Assembly: GCA_038138145.1 (NCBI GenBank) | Contig: JAYQDD010000002.1 | Span: 80,681-144,680 of the forward strand | Direction of reading: 5' to 3' | Length of the DNA stretch: 64,000 nucleotides | Source: Formosa sp. | Lineage (GTDB): Bacteria > Bacteroidota > Bacteroidia > Flavobacteriales > Flavobacteriaceae | Made by a program: the position numbers and the translations under genes | The notes under the pieces: model-generated | Seen by the model: the letters and a program-made list of their open reading frames with translations, nothing else | What the model was told of the DNA's origin: nothing | Databases searched by the model: none | Part shown: positions 60,078 through 64,000 of the stretch, one piece after another | Numbering within the stretch: the stretch's first letter is position 1 | Layout of the letters: each line of letters begins with the position of its first letter

Positions 60078-61165
60078 GCCGTTATGAGTTTTTCAATTTC
60101 GTTAACTATATCCTCTGTAGCTGATTTTTTAGCCAACTTTTTAATGTTATCCGCTAATCGGTGTTGTAAGCTTATATTCATTATAAGCTCTGTAAATTGA
60201 GGTTCGAAATTTTGATCTAAATCCTTTTCTGAAATCAATATAGCCGCATCTTTTTTAGCAACAGCCATAGCATTTTTGGTTTGGTGATCTTCTGCAACAT
60301 TTGGTGATGGAATAAAAATCACGGGTTTGCCAACAATACATAATTCTGAAACAGAACTCGCTCCAGCTCTTGAAACAATGATGTCTGCTGCAGCATAGGC
60401 AAGATCCATCCGTTTTACAAAATCAAATACCTGAACACCTTGAGCGCGTTGATGATGTTTGTATTCTTCGTAATACAATGTTCCACATTGCCAAATCACT
60501 TGTATTTCATTTCTCTGAAAATAGGGTAATTGCGCTTCTACTAATTGATTGACTCTTCGCGCACCCAAACTTCCGCCCAACACAAGCAGAGTTTTCTTTT
60601 CAGGGTTCAACTCAAAGGCCTTGTACGCATCTCCTTTATGTTCTGAATTTAAAAGATCTTGACGCACTGGATTCCCGGTAATAATAATTTTATCTTTAGG
60701 AAAAAATGGCTCTAATCCTTCGTAGGCAACACATATTTTGTTCGCTTTTTTGGCTAATAATTTATTAGTGATTCCAGGATAAGAATTTTGTTCTTGAACA
60801 AGCGTTGGTGTACCAAAAAACGATGCAATATACACTATTGGTCCACTAGCAAAACCTCCTGTTCCAATGACCACATCGGGTTTAAATTTTAAAACAATAA
60901 AAACCGATCGTATCAAACTGCTGATTAATTTCAATGGAAATAATAAATTTTTGAATAGTTGCTTTCTTTGTAATCCTGATATCCAAAGCCCTGTTATTTT
61001 AAATCCAGCCTTGGGAATTTTTTCCATTTCCATTTTCCCTTTTGCACCGACAAAAAGAACCTCTGATTTTGGATACCGAACTTTGAGCGCATGAGCAATG
61101 GATAGTGCAGGAAAAATATGACCTCCCGTGCCCCCTCCAGATAATATGAATTTATAGCTCCCCAT
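60074..61165 (-). CDS. murG: UDP-N-acetylglucosamine--N-acetylmuramyl-(pentapeptide) pyrophosphoryl-undecaprenol GlcNAc transferase
   Basis: [14 protein letters not shown]-terminus and GGSLGAR motif, 363 aa. Confidence 0.95.
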   Translation of the reverse strand: MGSYKFILSGGGTGGHIFPALSIAHALKVRYPKSEVLFVGAKGKMEMEKIPKAGFKITGLWISGLQRKQLFKNLLFPLKLISSLIRSVFIVLKFKPDVVIGTGGFASGPIVYIASFFGTPTLVQEQNSYPGITNKLLAKKANKICVAYEGLEPFFPKDKIIITGNPVRQDLLNSEHKGDAYKAFELNPEKKTLLVLGGSLGARRVNQLVEAQLPYFQRNEIQVIWQCGTLYYEEYKHHQRAQGVQVFDFVKRMDLAYAAADIIVSRAGASSVSELCIVGKPVIFIPSPNVAEDHQTKNAMAVAKKDAAILISEKDLDQNFEPQFTELIMNISLQHRLADNIKKLAKKSATEDIVNEIEKLITA

Positions 61166-62355
61166 TATAATGCTTCGCTTAAGATTTCGAGAGGATGTTG
61201 CTCATCCTCGGATTGATTTCTAATGTCTTCTCTTTTGGCACTCACACTCAGTATGATTCCAATCCCTAAACAGGTTACCCAAATGGATGTTCCACCACTA
61301 CTTATGAGGGGTAAAGTTTGCCCAGTAACAGGAAACAACTCAACAGCAACACCCATATTTATGAGTGCTTGAAAAATGATAGGAAGCCCCACCCCAATGG
61401 TGAGTAATTTTCCAAAAACAGTTTCTGCCTTTTGTGCCACTACAACTATTCTGAACAATAATAAAAGATATAATACCAACAAAAATAAACCGCCCAACAA
61501 ACCATATTCTTCAATAATAATGGCAAAAATGAAATCGGATGAAGACTGAGGTAAAAAGTTTTTTTGTACACTTTTTCCTGGCCCTAATCCATACAAACTT
61601 CCTGTTGCTATCGCTATTTTGGCTTTTTCTATTTGATAATCTTCTTCTGAATCACGATCATCCATAAAATTTGAAATTCTACTGCCCCATGTGTCCACTC
61701 TATTGGGCATTGCATCTGGAAAAGCTTTGGCAATAAGTACAAAAAAGGACAGTACTAAAAGTCCAGAACCTACAATTGCTCCTAAATATTTTAAAGGATA
61801 ACCCCCCAAAAATGCCAAAACCAATACCATCGTAAAAATAATCGCCGTGGTAGAAAAATTGGCAGGAAGAATCAAAATGAGCACCACAAAAACAGGTAAC
61901 CAAAGTGGCATAATGGATAACTTGAAAGAAATCTCTTGTTCAAAAATCTTTGAAAGGTAGCGTGCAACAAACACCATAAGCACAAGAGCAGCCAATGTAG
62001 ACGTCTGAAATGTAAACCCTACAAACGGCACGCGAATCCATCGACTGGCATTGGCACCATCAATTGTGGTGCCTTGCAACAAGGTGACTAAAAGTAGAAT
62101 TAAAACAACTGGAAACATCACCATTGACAACCCTTTGAAATAGCGATAAGGGATTCTGTGAATGGCATATATGATTGAAAATCCTAAGAACAGATGTACA
62201 AAATGTTTGATAAAATAAGAAAAGGTCTGACCATCACCATATGTATAAGCCAAATTACTGGCGGCACTATACACTGGCAAAAATGAAAATATGGCCAAAA
62301 GCGCTACAATGGCCCATATCATTCGATCTCCTTTTATGTTCCCAAACTTTATCAT
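61165..62355 (-). CDS. ftsW: FtsW/RodA/SpoVE-family peptidoglycan polymerase
   Basis: 396 aa, polytopic, with [11 protein letters not shown] and PLISSGGTS motifs. Confidence 0.9.
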   Translation of the reverse strand: MIKFGNIKGDRMIWAIVALLAIFSFLPVYSAASNLAYTYGDGQTFSYFIKHFVHLFLGFSIIYAIHRIPYRYFKGLSMVMFPVVLILLLVTLLQGTTIDGANASRWIRVPFVGFTFQTSTLAALVLMVFVARYLSKIFEQEISFKLSIMPLWLPVFVVLILILPANFSTTAIIFTMVLVLAFLGGYPLKYLGAIVGSGLLVLSFFVLIAKAFPDAMPNRVDTWGSRISNFMDDRDSEEDYQIEKAKIAIATGSLYGLGPGKSVQKNFLPQSSSDFIFAIIIEEYGLLGGLFLLVLYLLLLFRIVVVAQKAETVFGKLLTIGVGLPIIFQALINMGVAVELFPVTGQTLPLISSGGTSIWVTCLGIGIILSVSAKREDIRNQSEDEQHPLEILSEAL

Positions 62356-63687
62356 TTATAGTGCGCGTACTGCAGATTTAAATTGATGTCCTCTATCTTC
62401 ATAATTTTTAAACAAATCGAAGCTGGCACAAGCCGGAGAAAGCAAGACGTTTTCACCAGCTGTGGCAATATTATAGGCGATTTTAACCGCTTCAGACATG
62501 TATTGAGTTTCTACCATCACGTCTACCATATGTTCAAAATTTTTAAACAAAGCTTCATTGTTTTTTCCAAGACAAATGATGGCTTTAACTTTTTCGTTTA
62601 CAAAAGGGTACAATGCCGTATAATCGTTTCCTTTATCTATGCCACCAACAATCCAAACTGTTGGTGCACTCATGCTCTCCAATGCAAAATAGGTTGCATT
62701 TACATTGGTTGCCTTGGAATCATTAATGTATTGTACCTTATTGATTTTCAGTACATTTTCTAAGCGGTGTTCTGCGCCTTGAAAACATTCTAAACTTTCA
62801 CGAATGGTATCCTTTCGTATTTTAAGAAGGTGAGCGACTGTAGCCGCTGCCATTGCATTTTTGATGTTGTGCTTTCCTTCTAAAGCTAAATTTGTTGTTG
62901 GCATTATATGTTCTTCTTTTTTAAATTTTATGATAATCTCTTTTTGTTTCAAATATGCCCCTTGCGCTAAAATTTTAGTCAGCGAAAAAGGGACTAATGT
63001 TGATTGAATTTGGTGGGACTGGATGTATGTATTGATGACATCGTCATCGGCATCATAAATCAAATAATCTTCTTTGGTTTGGTTCATCACAATTCTAAAT
63101 TTTGAAGCGATGTAGTGCTCAAATTTGTAATCATAGCGGTCCAAATGGTCAGGTGTAATGTTGGTCAGTACAGCAAAATGTGGTCTAAAATTTTGAATAC
63201 CATCCAATTGAAAACTACTGAGTTCCAAAACAAAATGATCTGGTTTTTTAGGGATTAAGCCCGCAAAACTATCGCCAATATTTCCACCCATAGCAACGTT
63301 CAAATTTTCTTGCTTTAGGATGTGGTTTATCATCATGGTCGTTGTGGTTTTTCCATTACTTCCCGTCACACCAATAATATTGGCAGAAGTGAATTGAGCT
63401 GCAAATTCAATTTCAGAAATCACTGGTACTTCTTTTTTCAAAAGCGCTTCCACAATAGGGGCACGCTCAGCAATTCCAGGACTTTTCATGACCACATCAG
63501 CATTCAAAATTTTTGATGCCGTGTGAGTTCCTTCCTCCCATTCAATCTCATTATGTATAAGAACGTCCTTGTATGTTTTTTTTATCGTTCCATAATCGGA
63601 AACAAACACTTCAAATCCTTTTTCTTTTCCTAACAGTGCTGTACCTACACCGCTTTCGCCACCACCAAGTACAACCAATCTTTTCAT
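62356..63687 (-). CDS. murD: UDP-N-acetylmuramoyl-L-alanine--D-glutamate ligase
   Basis: VLGGGESG and GVTGSNGKTTTT motifs, 443 aa. Confidence 0.95.
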   Translation of the reverse strand: MKRLVVLGGGESGVGTALLGKEKGFEVFVSDYGTIKKTYKDVLIHNEIEWEEGTHTASKILNADVVMKSPGIAERAPIVEALLKKEVPVISEIEFAAQFTSANIIGVTGSNGKTTTTMMINHILKQENLNVAMGGNIGDSFAGLIPKKPDHFVLELSSFQLDGIQNFRPHFAVLTNITPDHLDRYDYKFEHYIASKFRIVMNQTKEDYLIYDADDDVINTYIQSHQIQSTLVPFSLTKILAQGAYLKQKEIIIKFKKEEHIMPTTNLALEGKHNIKNAMAAATVAHLLKIRKDTIRESLECFQGAEHRLENVLKINKVQYINDSKATNVNATYFALESMSAPTVWIVGGIDKGNDYTALYPFVNEKVKAIICLGKNNEALFKNFEHMVDVMVETQYMSEAVKIAYNIATAGENVLLSPACASFDLFKNYEDRGHQFKSAVRAL

Positions 63688-64000
63688 CTATCTAATTTTC
63701 AAGGTTACAATGGTGAGGATGGCTAAAAGAATTCCAACAATCCAAAATCGAGTAACAATTTTACTTTCGTGATATCCTGATTTTTGATAGTGATGATGTA
63801 GAGGCGACATTTTGAAAATACGCCGACCTGCACCATATTTTTTCTTGGTGTATTTAAAATATCCGACCTGCAGTACAACCGATAAATTTTCGGCCAGAAA
63901 AATGCCACACAACAGAGGAATTAACCACTCTTTTCGTACAGCAATAGCGATTACTGCAATGATTCCTCCTATGGTCAAACTTCCTGTATCGCCCATAAAC
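63688..64000 (-). CDS. mraY: phospho-N-acetylmuramoyl-pentapeptide transferase, C-terminal part (gene runs off the window end)
   Basis: [10 protein letters not shown] and SPLHHHYQ motifs. The reading frame is still open at position 64000. Confidence 0.9.
   Translation of the reverse strand, partial: FMGDTGSLTIGGIIAVIAIAVRKEWLIPLLCGIFLAENLSVVLQVGYFKYTKKKYGAGRRIFKMSPLHHHYQKSGYHESKIVTRFWIVGILLAILTIVTLKIR

Noticed and set aside
1-64000. A scan for CRISPR arrays, tandem repeats, IS elements, integrases, restriction-modification systems or known defence-system genes.
   Set aside because: I saw no repeat-spacer periodicity, inverted-repeat-bounded elements, or ORFs with transposase, integrase, nuclease-helicase or methylase signatures. 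The only mobile-type traces are the ParE remnant and the tRNA 3'-end repeat.

Overview
This window looks like ordinary core chromosome from a low-GC Flavobacteriia-type (Bacteroidota) genome. The lineage call rests on a 287-aa primary sigma factor, PorT-like and T9SS-plug-like genes, a lipoprotein Omp85 (TamL-like), an NQR respiratory operon, and many TAnnTTTG -7 boxes. Coding density is high and nearly all genes are housekeeping.

Main blocks, in order:
- lpxK (partial), a Nif3-like gene and a COG1579 gene.
- A small AT-rich islet with a decayed ParE toxin.
- msrA.
- An eight-gene kynurenine/3-hydroxyanthranilate operon (about 4.2-11.8 kb).
- tatA, pepE, gpmI and map.
- nqrABCDEF followed by a small ORF and apbE (17.4-24.9 kb, minus strand).
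- apaG and pruA.
- An Omp28-like / TlpA / DUF6029 envelope triad, whose barrel gene is frameshifted.
- rsmG, a desaturase, an aminotransferase, trkAH, ubiE, a porT-like gene and a TamL-like gene.
- fbaA, accD, rpsO-pnp, rpoD and rpe.
- A four-gene nucleotide-sugar module (rfbA, rfbB, an epimerase, ugd).
- tRNA-Arg(TCG) and a yqeY-like gene.
- The distal dcw cluster (mraY partial, murD, ftsW, murG, murC, ftsQ, ftsA, ftsZ).

I found no CRISPR array, integrase, transposase, recognisable defence system or intact toxin-antitoxin pair. I do not see a clear novel multi-gene system. The most defensible leads are:
1. The kynurenine operon lacks the bacterial meta-cleavage lower pathway. In its place it carries a RidA-type protein and an SDR whose catalytic Tyr/Lys appear replaced.
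2. The uncharacterised CxxC lipoprotein / TlpA / DUF6029-barrel triad.
3. A small soluble ORF coupled to apbE downstream of the NQR operon.
4. A 21-nt direct repeat of the tRNA-Arg 3' end, which looks like an integration scar.
5. Two independent Cys-less 'zinc ribbons', in the COG1579 protein and in AccD.

All functional calls come from motif and family recognition by eye. No searches were run.
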